Assembly (NCBI GenBank): GCA_028534125.1
Contig: CM052817.1
Location: 22,756,001-22,820,000 of the forward strand
Source of the DNA: Lama glama
Taxonomy: Eukaryota
Reading direction: 5' to 3'
DNA: 64,000 nucleotides
The stretch's first letter is position 1; each line of letters begins with the position of its first letter. Position numbers and translations under genes: made by a program. A model generated the notes under the pieces. The model had not been told where the DNA came from. It was given only the letters and a program-made list of their open reading frames with translations, and did not search any database. Shown piece after piece: positions 25,750-39,062 of the stretch.

Positions 25750-25882
25750 TGCCCTGGGTTTAATTTTTTTTAAATTTTTGACCTTCATTTTCAGGCAAGT
25801 TACCTAAACTCTATAAACTTTCATTTCCTCCTTTATTAAATGGTTGATGAAAATTTCTATACCATAGAATCTGTTCTGAATT
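25750..25882 (+). mobile_element. MIR relic
   Basis: GGCAAGTTACCTAAACTCT...TTTCCTCCTTTATTAAATGG core. Confidence 0.6.
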
Positions 25883-25889
25883 TTTGTCA

Positions 25890-26568
25890 AATTGGCTTTA
25901 TTCCTATTGCTGTTCCCTTCATTGAAGGGAAGAAGTCTACAACCATGTTTACCAGAATCCCCTTCCCTGTCTGATACCTGGTAAGAATATCAATGAGTGT
26001 AAACTATGGACTTTGGTTGATAATAATGTGTCCATGTTGGTTCATCGATGGTACCAAATGTTCCACATTGATGAGGGATGTTGAGGGTAGGGGAGTATAT
26101 ATGAGCGGGTGGGAGGGCTATGTGGGAACTCTGTATTTTCTGCTCAATTTTGCTGTAAACCTGAAATTGCTCTAAAAGATAAAGTGTACTTTAAAAAAAA
26201 AAAGAATATAAATAAGCCAAACTCATGTTGGCCAAGGGAAATGAGAATAAATTATGTGGTCAGATGTGTGAACAAATATGATACAGAACTTGAAATTGCT
26301 TATCTATCACCTGCTGTGATGATTGTGACAGAGACAGGAGGGACATTCTTGCAGATCACAGCAGATTCCTTTGAGAACACTGGATCTAGCAGTTCAGGTG
26401 AAGGGCCTCAGCCTCTACTTGCTTGACTTTCTGCTGTAGCAATCTGGGCCTTTTTGGTGACTTTACTCATCTTTGTTTCCCCACCTGTCTCATGTCTCCC
26501 TTGTAAATCCTAATTTCTTTGTTAAAGCTTCTTATTCTGTTTCCCTGATTGAGCCTAGACTAAGATAG
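25890..26568 (+). mobile_element. ERVL LTR33-like LTR interrupted by an L1MC insertion
   Basis: CCAGAATCCCCTTCCCTGTCTG start and TTCTGTTTCCCTGATTGAGCCTAGACTAAGATA end. Confidence 0.55.
25994..26201 (+). mobile_element. 5'-truncated L1MC1/2 3' end with poly(A) and TSD
   Basis: GTAAACTATGGACTTTGGTTGATAATAATGTG...CTCAATTTTGCTGTAAACCTGAAATTGCTCTAAAA then poly(A). TSD AAGAATATCAA (25983-25993) / AAGAATATAAA (26202-26212). Confidence 0.9.
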
Positions 26569-26697
26569 TATCATGGGAGAATTTAAGAAGATAGCAGGAT
26601 CTTTGCTTTGGAGATAATAGCTATGAAGGACAAAGCCCCAATTCCCTAATGTGGTCATTCTTCTTTTTGGCAAACTTTCTTGCCAGAACCTGGAGAC

Positions 26698-26740
26698 TAG
26701 ATAGATGATAGATAGATAGATAGGTGATAGATAAATAAAT
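26698..26740. repeat. Imperfect (GATA)n microsatellite
   Basis: Read directly from the sequence. Confidence 0.8.
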
Positions 26741-27899
26741 AGCATGTGCAATATAGACCACTAGTGTCCACATTCAGGTCATCTGTCCTCAGTTCCCTCA
26801 TATCCATCATTATACTTTGCTATGCTCCATTGCTGTCAGAAAGACATAAACTGAATAATCTCTAGTTCCCCAACATGTATCTTGGTGTAGAGTTCTCCAT
26901 GTTATGTCAGCTCTCTAGAAAAAACTCCACATAATGGTTCACTCCACGAATTGACTGTAAGAGTAAAGCTTCCACTAGATACATGTTAAATGCTTAAAAA
27001 GAAAATTAGTCTAAAATCAAAATAAACATGTACCCTGAGGCCTGGAAGAAACATAACTACAATCTTAATAAGAGTTAATGAAATTCCCTGAATTTGCACT
27101 GCTCTATTACTGAAGCCAATAACATTCTAATTTGGTCAAGGCTTCATTTAGTTCTACTTCTGGACTAGCCCCATGGCCAATACTAAAACCCCACAAATAT
27201 TACAGAATAAAAGAAAGAAACTATGTTCACCCTGTACCTAGAAACAGTAATATCAGAAATGCAGACAATTCTCAAATATTCAAATTGGTTATATATATTT
27301 TTTGTTTTTCATTTGCTTCACTTGACCTTTTATTTCAATTTTACCTTTTATTAAAAGGCTAGGAACAAAGTAGAAACTGAAAACAAATGCTTTTCTTAAA
27401 AAAAAAATAATAGCATTTGAGGGTCAATTAAAGGGCGTTAAGATATTATGCCAAACCAAATGTTACAGAAAGACAAATACCATAAGAATACCATACCATA
27501 CCATTCTCCATTATATGTGGAATCTAAAAAAAATAGAAAAATATCCCTGGGACCTGATTCTGCCCACCAGTGGGCCAGCACCAGCCCCTGGACCCCTCAG
27601 TATCCACAGCCAGCCATGCTGGGACCCAGCCCCCAGCACCACCTGTGGACCAGCAGCCACCACATGAGGCAGGGTCTGGCAGTCAGCTAGGCTCAGGGCT
27701 AGCTCCACTGACAAGTGCACCCACGGCAGTTGTCCGCAAAACAACGGAAGGGCACATGCACCCCACACAGGGGGCACCCATAGACCATGTAGCTTTGGTG
27801 ACCAGAGAGGAGTGTGCAGCTGCTCCTACATAAATCCATTTTTCTAAGATCGGGAAAGATAACCAAATAGATAGAAATAAACACAGAGAATTAGGCAAC

Positions 27900-28778
27900 A
27901 TGAGGAGACAGAGGAATATATTCCAAATGGAACAACAACAATAGCAACAACAACAACAACAACAACAACAACAAATCAAAAAGAGAACTAGGTGAAGTGT
28001 AGATAAACAAAAGTTCAAAGTAATGGTCATAAAGATGTTCAACAAACTCAGGAGAAGAATGGATGAACACAGACAAAGGGATAACAAAGAGTTAGAAAAT
28101 ACAAAGAGGATCCAAATAGAACTAAAGAATAAAGAAAAAAAGAGTTAAAAAAATCCACTAGAATCAACAGTAGGTTAGATGACACAGAGGAACAGAACAG
28201 ATTACCAAACTGGAAGACAGAGTAGTGGGAATTACCCAAGGTGAACAGAAAAGATAATTTTTTAAAATTAGGATAGGTTAAGAGATCTCTAGGACATCAA
28301 ACATGAAAGGGGTCTCAGGAGAAGAGAGAGACAAAGGGGCAGAGAACTTATTTGAAGGAATAATAGCTGAAAACCTCCCTAACCAGGGAAAGGAAGCAGA
28401 TATCCAGGTCCAGGAAGTAAAGAGAGTCCCAAACAAGATGAACTCAAAGTGGTCCAAAAGACACAATTTAATTAAAATGGTAAAAATTAAATATAAAAGG
28501 AGAATTATAAAATCAGCAAGAGAAAGCTAGTTTCATGCAAGGGAACTCCCATAAGATTGCCAGCTGATTTTTCAGCAGAAACTTTGTAATCCAGAAGGGA
28601 GTGGCATGATATATTCAAAGAGATGAAAGGAAAAAGATGTACAACCAAGAATACTCTATCCAGCAAGGCTATCATTCAGATTTGAAGTATAGGTAAAGAT
28701 TTTACAGATAAGCAAAAGCTGAATGAGTTCAGCACCACTAAACCAGCTTTACAAGAAATCTTAAAGGAACTTCTCTAA
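27900..28778 (+). pseudogene. Decayed LINE-1 ORF1p
   Basis: ATG at 27900 (MRRQRNIFQM), internal peptide GAENLFEGIIAENLPNQGKEADIQVQEVKRVPNKMN, and end AAAGGAACTTCTCTAA. Contains stops and frameshifts. Confidence 0.9.
27931..27974 (+). repeat. (CAA)n trinucleotide repeat inside L1 ORF1
   Basis: Read directly from the sequence, with one TAG interruption. Confidence 0.9.
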
Positions 28779-29584
28779 GCGGAAGAGAAAAGACAACAAT
28801 TAGAAATGTGAAGATTACAAAAGGAAACAACTTTATTGGCAAAGACAAATAAATGTACAGTAAAAGTAGTAGATCAACCACTTATGAAACTAGAAGGAAG
28901 GTTGAAATATGAAAGCAGGAAAAGCATCTATATCCACAATAAGTAATTGAGGGATACACAAGAAATCACTTTTGTCCTAATTCTTATCATTTAAAAATAA
29001 AAATAAGTGACAAGCAAGTAATTTTACAAATTATATGTAAAATCCCATACTAACCCTCTTGCTCAGAGAATGATATTCTAATATTAAAATGACCTCAAAG
29101 GGAAAGTACAGCTTTGACTAGATAATAGTAAACATTTTTATGGTGAAAAAAAAAAAAAAAGAAAAAGTAAAGAAAAAAAGCATAAAGCAAACAACTATGT
29201 TATAAGAAGGCAGCAAATATTAGAAGACAGATATATTATTTAAAAAATAATTTAAATTCATAATGAGAACACTAAAATCTAAATCAATAAATCAGTAAAT
29301 CATATAAGCAGACATATTTAATTGGGTAAATCCACTGGGTCAGTATTCAATCTAATAGGTAATACAGATATTCAAAATACTACTCCAATGAAGTATAATT
29401 TTTCATCTGTTAAACAGTGAATAAAAACATTTCTTTACCATGAAAAGTTGGATTGGCAATCCTGAGCTCTTAAGGCTGCTTTTTAAGCTTCTGTGACCCA
29501 GATCCTTGTCTATAATTATTCTGCCATTCTAAAGTCATGGCTTTCACCTCAAGACAGCTATTAATTTCCAGCCATCACCTCCAT

Positions 29585-30026
29585 AAAATCAATTTTTAAA
29601 ATTAATGTATAGTAATGCCAAATAACATAAATTACAATAAAATAAAATACTTAGAAATAAACTGAACCAAAGATATACAAAGACCTCCACAACAAACATC
29701 TCAAAACATTACTGAGAGAAATTAAAGATAGGAATGTGACATGGCATAGCTAACTTAGAAATCAAATAATACACTTAAGCATGTACCTGAGGGAAATACA
29801 AACATAAAGACTTGCAAATGAATGGTCTTATTAGCAGCTCTATTTGTAATTTTCAAAGACTGAAGAAAAATCCAAAGTTTTTTATTCAGCAGGTGAATAA
29901 GTAAACAGCATGCGGTATATCCATACAATGGAATACTATACAACAAAAAAGCAAACACATTATTAACATGAATAACAACATGAATGAATCTCAAAATTAG
30001 TATGTGAAGTTAAATAAACCAGACAA
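29585..30026 (+). mobile_element. Old L1M ORF2/3' UTR fragments
   Basis: AAATACTTAGAAATAAACTGAACCAAAGAT...GGTATATCCATACAATGGAATACTA...ATGAATGAATCTCAAAA. Confidence 0.8.
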
Positions 30027-30513
30027 GGACACTACTCAGCCGTAGAAAAGAATAAAATAATGTCATTTGCAGTGACATAGGTGGACCTGGAGATTGTCAT
30101 ATTAAGTGAAGTCAGCCAGAGAGAGAAAGAAAATTATCATATGATATCACTTACACGTGGAATCTAAAAAAAAAATCAGACAAATGAACTTATTTACAAA
30201 ACAGAAATAGACTCACAGATAAAGAGGCAAACTTGTGTTACTAGGGGTGTAAGGGGTAGTGTAGGGATTAATTGAGAGTTTGGGATTTGCAGATACTAAC
30301 TACTATATATAAAATAGATAAACAGCAAGGTCCTACTGCATACTACAGAGAACTATATTCAGTACCTTGTAATAGCCTATAATGAAAAAGAATATAAAAA
30401 GAATATATATATGTATATTTATGTACAACTGAATCACTATGCTATACATCAGAAACTAACACAACATTGTAAACCAACTATACTTCAATTAAAACAAAAA
30501 CAAAAATAACAAA
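30027..30513 (+). mobile_element. Younger cetartiodactyl/camelid L1 3' end (5'-truncated)
   Basis: TACTCAGCCGTAGAAAAGAATAAAATAATGTCATTTGCAG...AAAACAGAAATAGACTCACAGA...CACAACATTGTAAACCAACTATACTTCAATTAAAA and an A-rich tail. Confidence 0.9.
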
Positions 30514-33124
30514 TATTTTCATAGAGTAATATTTTTTAAAATTCACTTTTTAACATGGAAAAATATTTTTCAGTCCTTCATATGATTTTATTTTCTCACA
30601 TCAACACAATAAGAGGATATCTAAATTTTGTCTTAATCAGAGGGTCTGTAAACACAGGCTTATGCAGTGTACATACAGGTAAGACAAACACTGTTTCTTG
30701 AAGTGGTCCTACCATGGACCCTCTTGTCATCCAACCCAAGTCTCCCACTTTCCTGGCTTTATCTTCACTGTATTGTGTGCACACTTCAACAAAAAGACCC
30801 TGAAATTGTTACAAGTGACAAAGGCCGAGTAAGATCATATGAAAGAAAGAGATAAAATATGTGTAGCTAATCTAGATAAAGTATAATGGGAACGTATATA
30901 TATATTTTTTTTAATATTTTAAAAGTGTGAGAATGTTTAAATTTTGATGAGAATGGCCTAATTGAGGTTGATTAACATGAATTTATCATGATATCAGCAA
31001 GTCCAGCTGTGTGATTTTTTTCAGCAGCTCTCAGGAGTCTGCATGAAGGCAAAGAGGAAAGTGAAATCTGAATGAAAGCTTTGTGTGTGTGTGGATGTCT
31101 GTGTGTATGTTTATGTCTTTCCCTAGAAAGCTGTAACAAAAGCAGAAGGGCAAAGAAATTGAGAAAATTGTCAAGATTCATGGAAAAGTTGAGCCATGAT
31201 AAGAAGGCACTAGCACCAGAGTTTTTGGTTACAACCATAAGAATTGAACCAGACAATACACTTATTAAATGATGTTTCACACCTCATGGACTCTGCAATA
31301 GTGCCAGAGAGTTTGGCAGGAAGAGTCACTGAACCAGGAAAAGTACACAGAATGGGATGGGGATTGCTTTAGGGAAGAAACTACTCTACAACCATTCTGC
31401 GATGCGTAGTTTATCAAAGGCATCATGGCTTTTATACATATATCAAGGTGGGGGCAGCAAAATTCCTGACCCTGCTGTCCTCAAAAAGCTAAATATCTTC
31501 AAATCTTCCTAAATAAAAACTGAATTCTGTGCATCTTTGGTCCTATGACTAGAAAGGCAAGTTTTAGCTTCTACATTGATACATGCGAATAGAAGTTGGA
31601 TACGTTTCCCAGGCTGAAGAAAAGAGTTCAAAAGATGCTTGATGATAACCACATGAAAAATGTTTATTCTACATGTCTGTCCCTGTGTAATTCTCTGAAT
31701 TTTCCCTTATCTATTCTCAAAGATTGATAAGAAGCATGGCTTTGAGGGATGAATTCATACTTTTCACTCTTCCCAGGACTTGCCACACTGGTCTTTGCTA
31801 GCACCAATGTCTGTAAGACATACTTTGGGTCCTTGTTAGTAGAATAATGCACAGATGCCTCCGTGTTAACTCAGCTGTTTAAATACACATTTTCAAACAA
31901 AATATTTGCAGCACTGATGCCAAATTCCTCCCGACATTCGCAGTAATATTGAACTTGACTCAACCAAACAAGTGCAACAATATCCCGGACAAAAGTTTCA
32001 TCTAGGCTTTATCTGGTGAGAATGTCTAACACTTTTTTGTCTTGTCTTCAGTTTGGAAAAGAATTTGAGAAAGTACTGGTGATTGAAGTTGTACAGCCAT
32101 TAAATTCAAAAGGCAAGCTACTACTATTTAAAGCATTTTCTAGCTTAATGTTAAATTGTCCTTAAAATAGTTCTGGTTTAAGCCTGCAAAAGCTTTACAA
32201 TGTGCTCAGTCTCTGTAGAATATTTTTCTCTAAGGTTGAAACTAAATTACTATGACAATATCTTCAATGTTACTTAAATAAAAACTTTGAAATCTCAGAG
32301 AATGTGTGACAAGTAATTCCTGTATCTCTTTGTTACATAACCACACTTAAAAACAGAAGTCGGTTTTTTTTTTTAATGACAAAGACTCAGTTCAAAGTAA
32401 CTGTTTCAGATAAGCACACACAGAAACATACACTTAGAAAAAATAATGAGATGCTAGTAAGACCTAATTTCCCCCTATTTGAATATACCTCCATCACAGT
32501 ATTTAGAGAAGAGTGTACCATGGTCTGATATATGCAGATACCTCTCCAATGTGTACTCTCAGTGCCTTGATTATGCCTGTCTATATCTGTGCTTCCTAGT
32601 GTCTCACAGGACATCTCAGGAAGTTTATTATACCCCTAGTAAATATAGGGTTTTTATAAAGGTAAAAGGAAGAGACATTAAGAACGGATGAGAAACACAA
32701 AAGTGGAATACAAGCAAGCAATCCGGGAACAAATGTATTCATATTTTCTCCTGGTCACCATATAGAGAGTTAAATATGCTAGTCATGCCATGGCAAATAC
32801 CACTATCACTATTATTATGTTACTGGTATGAACAGGTGTTGCTTCACAAGAAATAATCCTGTGATGTGTATTATCATATTTATACACCAAAATTGAAACT
32901 GAGACTTGAATGGATACACACTTTGATTGGGGGGGGGAGGCTATAATTATTGACAAATTTTATAGCCTAAAACTGTGATTAGAGTGAGAAGAAAGTAGAA
33001 AATATATGAAGAGACAGGGCATTTAGAATAGAGAGAAGAAACAAAAAGTAGAACATGATAATGGTTCTCTGTGTGAAACAGAGGGAATAAAGTTGAAAAT
33101 AAAGTTGAAATTACTGCTTAAACA

Positions 33125-33250
33125 GGAGTTGTGTGACTTTCTGGTTGTGTGACCTTGGGTATGTTAATTTTTCTGAATATCTATTCTTCCTATATAAAAT
33201 GTGGGTATTAACACAACCTCTAGATGGTTCCAAGGACTAAATCAGAAACA
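33125..33250 (+). mobile_element. MIR relic
   Basis: TGTGTGACCTTGGGTATGTTA...TATAAAATGTGGGTATTAACAC. Confidence 0.6.
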
Positions 33251-33480
33251 AATAAACAAATACCTGCTGGATAAAATTTGTTTTATTGATATTTTTAAGG
33301 TATTTTTCTTTATACCCTGGCCTCTGTCTTATTCAGACAGTTAGTTGTCTAATGGTCTCTAAGACCTCAAGGAGAGATGCTGCAGGAAAAACAAAAAAGA
33401 AAGAAAGAAAAAGAAGGAAAGAAGTTTTCACCTCAAATAGAAATGCTCTTAGGAAAATTAGGACAAAAGTAATAAACTTC

Positions 33481-34640
33481 ATGCATGCATTCTTTAATTG
33501 AATAAAGATCTATTTATCACCAATCATGCTCCAGATTTTGTTTTTGTTACTTAGAAGACATCAATGAAAAAGCAGCATAGATTTTTGCCCTATTAAGCTT
33601 TTAATACAGATGTAAGACAAAAATTACCAGTAAATATTGTAAGTAAATAATAATTTACAAAAAAAACCAGACAATAATAGGCTAAAGGAGATTTACAGTG
33701 GTCAAGGTTGGAGGAAAACTTGTAACATTAAATAGGGTAGTCAGGGATAGAGCTAACTGGGAAGATAGCATTTGAGCCAAGATTTGGAGGAAGGGCTAAA
33801 ATTAGCCAAGTGAATAACTAGGGATTGAGTAATCCCCTCAGAGGATATATAAAGGAAGAAACAAACAAACAAAAACCAAAAAACAAAACTAAGATGGGAC
33901 TACTCTTAGCATATTTTAATTGTAAGGGGGAAACTGGTGTAGCTGGAAATAAATAAGCAATGAATGAGAAGTAGATGACGAAGTTAAAGGTAATGGAGAA
34001 TTAATCCCCTAGAGGTAATAAGGGAGCTACAGAAGGACCCTGTAGACCATTTCAAGGACTCTGACATTGCATTTGCTGTATGATATTTTGATGGAGAGCG
34101 ATTATAAGAAGGTGGCCAGAAAAGTGACATGATCCACTTAACTCTGCTGAAGAATAAAGAATAAACAGTAGGAGTCCAAGCATGGAAGCAGAGGAATCTA
34201 TTAGAAGGCTATTTGTACTAATCCAAGGGTGAAATGATAGTGGCTGGAGACAGACTGGTAGTAATACAGGGTGGTAAATAACAGTATTTTTGGTGCATTT
34301 AGAATGTTAAACAAATATGACTTGTAATACATCCAACAAAGAATATGAAAGAAAGAGAAAATCAAGAATGCTTTCAAAATGTTTGCTCTAAACAAGTGGA
34401 AAGACTGAGTTGTTGTCAATCAATTGAAGAATGATTATTGGTAGGCATGTTTTAGGGGGAGGAAGAGCAAATCTGCCATGGCCGTGGTAAATCTGAGATA
34501 CATTAAATATCCAAGTGGAAATGTCAAGAGTGGTGGAATATCAGGATATAAGACTCTACAAGAGAGAAAACAATATTGGGGGTTATCAATATATAGATGG
34601 TATTTAAAGCCATGAAATTTGACTGCATCATCTTAGAATT
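33481..34640 (-). mobile_element. L2 (L2a-like) long 3' region
   Basis: GTAGTCAGGGATAG...CATTTGAGCCAAGA...TTAGAAGGCTATT...AATCCAAGG...ATCCAAGTGGAAATGTCAAG...GATGGTATTTAAAGCCATGA are L2 antisense hallmarks. Confidence 0.8.
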
Positions 34641-35124
34641 ACTGCTCTGACATTAAGTTGTTGAGAGAAGAAGAATAAGGTAAATATATTATGAGTCCAA
34701 GATACGGGAACTAATGTCCAAATAAGTGAGTGTGTTTGAGAGAAAATTATGCATGACTAGGAACAAAGAAAGTGTCTGCAGATATCTGTGCAGGTAGATG
34801 TGCAGATATGATGATGGGAGTCTATGGAATTGCTTCCACTTATCCTAGTGAAGTACAAAGTGAGGATGAGTGTGGAAGGAATTATGGAGTGACCGACCAC
34901 AGAGGAAAAGGCGTGAACTAGTGAGTCCTGATAGTGAGAGAGTAAGTGAATTAGCAGAGTATAATTTGAGAGCCAAGAAGTACCAAAAACCATACACATA
35001 GTTATGAGAGATCCAGTCCATGTGGTTGGGTGTTTTCCTTCCAACTGTGCAAAGATGCACAAGAATAAACACAGAACAGAAAGAGTCTAGGCTTTAACCA
35101 TGGTTTTGGTTTAGTGTCCTTCTC

Positions 35125-35650
35125 ATTCATATGTCTCATCTAATCAATGACTTTTCATTGCTTTTTACTTTACAGATTTTAAATCACCCCAATTCTCTCT
35201 AATCCCTCTCACCTCTAAGCAGCTCAGGAACCACTATCACTTTCAAGGATAACTGCGACATTTGAATTGTTCTCTCTTTCCTTTCAGTTTAATGCGATGT
35301 CTCTATCAATATATTTTCAATACTAAGAAAAGACTGTTATAAAATGAAAATGTGATCATGTCTCTCCCTCCCAAAAAGTCAATAAAATTCCATCACTCTT
35401 AAGAAAATGTGTCAAATTCCAATCCTTTCATGACATGGATTTTCCTTATTAATGCTCTGGCTCTATATTCTGTCACATTTCCCTTGGTAATCAACATTTT
35501 ACCTACATAGAATTATTTGCTGGCTCATGAGATGACATGTTTTTTTATACCTCTGGGCTCTTGCACAGGGTTATTTCTACTTGTCTGGACTACCTAACTA
35601 TAGCTTCCTGCTCCCTGGCTCACTTTGTCTTTGCCTGGAAAACTTTGATT
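35125..35650 (+). mobile_element. L2 relic
   Basis: AAAATGTGATCATGTCTCTCCCT...CCATCACTCTTAAGAAAA...ACCTCTGGGCTCTTGCACA. Confidence 0.6.
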
Positions 35651-36502
35651 AGGTAAGCCCAAGAAAGTGCTTAATGCTAAGGTACATTTTAATTTAGTAG
35701 TGGATATGGTTTCCGTCACTTCCCTTTCCAGACTGATTTATTATTTGTTCAGTAACAGAAAAATAGCATATGATTTTCCAAAAGTCCTACTGAATTTACA
35801 GGGAAAATATTTGCTATTATTAACAACATTAATCACAAGTATCTGTGATGAAGATATTCCCCTCTTCTCTTTTACTAAACAGATGTATCCTCTTATGGAA
35901 GAAAAATGAACTGAAAGTCAATCTCCAATTAGGAAATTAGTGGTTGAATATAGTGGAGTTATTTTGATTTCTTCTATGTCATTACATAAGAAACTTACTA
36001 AGAAAAAGCACTGAAAATAAAAAGTGTTCCTTTTGGATGGTGGAAAATGATTTCAATGACAATACTTCCAGGGCATTTGAATTTAATGAAAACATAATCA
36101 TTAATTTTGATTGCTATTACTTAAATTGCCTAATACCATTTTCCTTTAGCAGAATCAAAAGGGTAATTTCAAACTAAAAATGGCAAAAGACACTGATCTG
36201 AGGCGAGAAATATTGCTCAATCAATTTCTTCCCATGCTTTCAAAAGTCAGTGAGCTCTTCTTTCTAAATCAGATAATAATGGATTTTTTTCCTAATGGGT
36301 GAACCAAATGAGGGCATAAAGATTTAGTCATAGATTTTTTCTGTACTGATACAAATTTATGAATAAATGGACAATATTTCTAAATGAGTCCAAGCATTTA
36401 CAGTTTCAGCCAAGTTGTTCCAGAGTAATAATACAACTGTAAATGTTTTGTCATCATCTTTTATTATTTAGTAAGATATTTTTGAGAGATTTATCTTTGA
36501 GT

Positions 36503-37045
36503 ATGTGTTATCTAAGAATGTGTGCCAGTAACTGGGGTATTTCCTCTTGGATGCATTCCTATCAGTTCCTCTTGTTTTGCTTAGTGTTGTAGGAACAAAA
36601 TCATTCAAGTGTTTGCCTTTGGGCAAATAGTAGAAATTGGAAGAATATAAGTCAAGTGTAGGAAGAATGTAGGCCAAGTGTAGGAAGAGTATAGGTCAAG
36701 TGTAGGAACGAAGTGAGATTATTTCTAAGCTCTCTGTTTCCAGTGGCCTCACTGGCATCAGCTCTTTCTTTCCATTATTCTCTTTGCTACAAAATAGTCC
36801 TTTCTTCTGTGTCTCACTCAGTTCCTGATGAGGTTTAGCCCTTGCCATAGAGCACCAGTCTCAGGGCTGTCATACTATCTCTTCTTTTATGTGTTTCCCA
36901 GTCTTAGGAGTGGTAGTGCTTCCTGTTGTTTCTAATCTCTACTTACTTTCTCAAAAATCGTGTTCCTTGGGTCTTCAATAATCCATGTAACCAATTCCCT
37001 GGGTTAAATTTCCACTTAGATGGCTTTCAGTTTCTCTGCTTACAA
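36503..37045 (+). mobile_element. ERVL LTR33-like LTR
   Basis: CCCAGTCTTAGGAGTGGTAGTGCTTCCTGTTGTT...GTAACCAATTCCCTGGGTTAAATTTCC, typical of LTR33. Confidence 0.55.
36639..36708 (+). repeat. 22-bp tandem repeat, about 3.2 copies
   Basis: GGAAGAATATAAGTCAAGTGTA / GGAAGAATGTAGGCCAAGTGTA / GGAAGAGTATAGGTCAAGTGTA / GGAA. Confidence 0.95.
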
Positions 37046-39062
37046 ATAGACTGTTGTTTATTTTTCAGGGATAAAGGGATAAAGACTAGAGAAACTGTAA
37101 GGTGATTCTTCTCATGAGACTGAATTAATCTCTTTGATAAAGCTGTACTTCCAACTCAACCCTAAAAGGGGGGGAAAAAAAGACTCACGTTCTTGGAAAT
37201 TAAAATTTTATACTTCACATTACATATTAAGAAACTGACAAAGAAAATCTCATTATGATGCTGCCTGGATGACACATGAGTATTTGCCCCCTTCTTGATG
37301 TCTGAAGTCAAGGAATGCCACCAATACATTTCTAGTGCTTTGTATGCATTTCATAAGCACATTTAATGCACCTAGAATCCAAAGAAATATAATACACAAG
37401 CTCTCCTCTTAAAGATGTAGTGGGAGAGAGAGACACATGAACAGAAAATTAGAAAAACGAAACAATGAATAGAATATAGATACGCATATAGCAACATACA
37501 AACATACAAGACAAGAATAAAACTCAGCCTGAAAAGACTTGTGGAAGGTCTCATAAAAGAGTTAAGTGTAATTTTAAATATAACAGAAATATCTCTATTT
37601 GTGAATTCCGTAGAATACCTTCCTTACATATGGCATGTATTTCCAGAGATCCCTGTAATAACTCATTTACCTTAGTAACAAGAGACACAGTCCAGACCCT
37701 CACTGGTACATCTAATAATCTGATAAAAATTCTCACACTTTCCTCTTCTACAATTCTTTTCTTAACCAACAAATTAGTCCATATATTCATTTTTTAAATG
37801 TTTCTTCCATCTTTACTTCTTACTGTAAATTTATTGTTAGTTTCCTTCTAGTAACTGACTGCCTTAAAGCCATTTCATGTGAAATCTGTATTTCTTTTTT
37901 TCCTGTTTCACTCCTGTATTTGGGGCCACAGGTTTGGGTACATTCTTTTCTTGTGTCTCACTATTGTTTCTAAACAATTTCTTCTCTTGTCTCAATATAA
38001 CAACTTTCTTTTTGTGTCTTTTTGACAATTTTCTGGTATTTTCCCCTCCAATTCCATTGAGGTTTTCCTTTTCAGATTTGTTCCTTATTTCCAGCTTTCT
38101 AAGCTCAATGATTAGTTATCTTTTCATATTTTTAAACTCAGATGTATTTAGAAAAATTGATAACTTTACCCTTTTGTTTGCTTTCTTTTACCCTGCACTG
38201 TGTGAATTTTCCCACCTCGCTGACGAATCCTCTCCCTTCTTTTCTGTTAGCTCCCCCATCTCCTGCTTAAAGCTGTGGATGCATGTTAGGCTTTCTCCTA
38301 TCACTGCATCCATGCTCTCCAATTAGCATGTGGTCAGGCGCTTAGATCTTAAACAACTATAATCTGTGATTCTGTTCTGAATCTTCAGTACTGACTTTTC
38401 TACAAAATTCCGGATATGTACATTCAATGCTCACTTGATAGCCTGTCTTAGACGTGTAGTAGGCAGTTCAAACTGAACATGGGCCCAAAAGGCTTATCGA
38501 TTATTTCCCAAAATCTGTACCCCTCGCAGTCTGAAAACTGTCTTCCCCTTAGAAAACTCCACAATGAGCAATTATAGTTTCTCGCACCAAAAATGTATAT
38601 TTAATTTGGGATAATTCTTTTACCCCCCTATCAATCCACTGGCAATTAATTTTATCTCTAACTCCAATCATATCTGAAATTCATCTAATAAAATCTATTA
38701 TCTCTATGACCACTGTTGAGAAAGCCATAATCATCTCTCACCTGGCCTCTATGCTCCATGGTCTAGTTTTGATCTTCTATAATTCATTCTTCAAAATGAA
38801 GCTAACATGACCTTTTACAAACAGTTATGATCATGACACTTTAATAATTAAACCACACATATCTAAGTAAATTAGCTATAATTTCTTTATCTGGATTACT
38901 TTTGCTCATATTATAGGCCAGGAATACATATTAATTCTTCAGGGAAGTGCTAGGGAAACTTTCTTAAACTCCCTAAATTAGGTTAGGTCTCATTGGTAAA
39001 TGCTATCAGTATTCTGCATTTCTTCTCATAACTATCATCACAGTTATCATCATGAAAAAAAA

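Larger units (their letters stand above)
27430..28965 (+). mobile_element. Cetartiodactyl-type L1: a short 3'-UTR piece (27430-27535) fused to partial 5' UTR, ORF1 and inter-ORF spacer
   Basis: GAAAGACAAATACC...TATGTGGAATCTAAAAAA (3' UTR motif), then a GC-rich 5' UTR, ORF1 and spacer. Confidence 0.85.

Noticed and set aside
27511..28530. Cluster of overlapping ORFs including poly-Cys and poly-Leu peptides
   Set aside because: These come from the L1 5' UTR/ORF1 and the antisense reading of the (CAA)n repeat.
36639..36708. Repeat array as a possible CRISPR
   Set aside because: The units are contiguous with no unique spacers, and the DNA is mammalian.
37934..38326. 130-aa Phe/Leu/Ser-rich ORF
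   Set aside because: It reflects T-rich decayed repeat sequence running into an L2, and has a non-ATG start.
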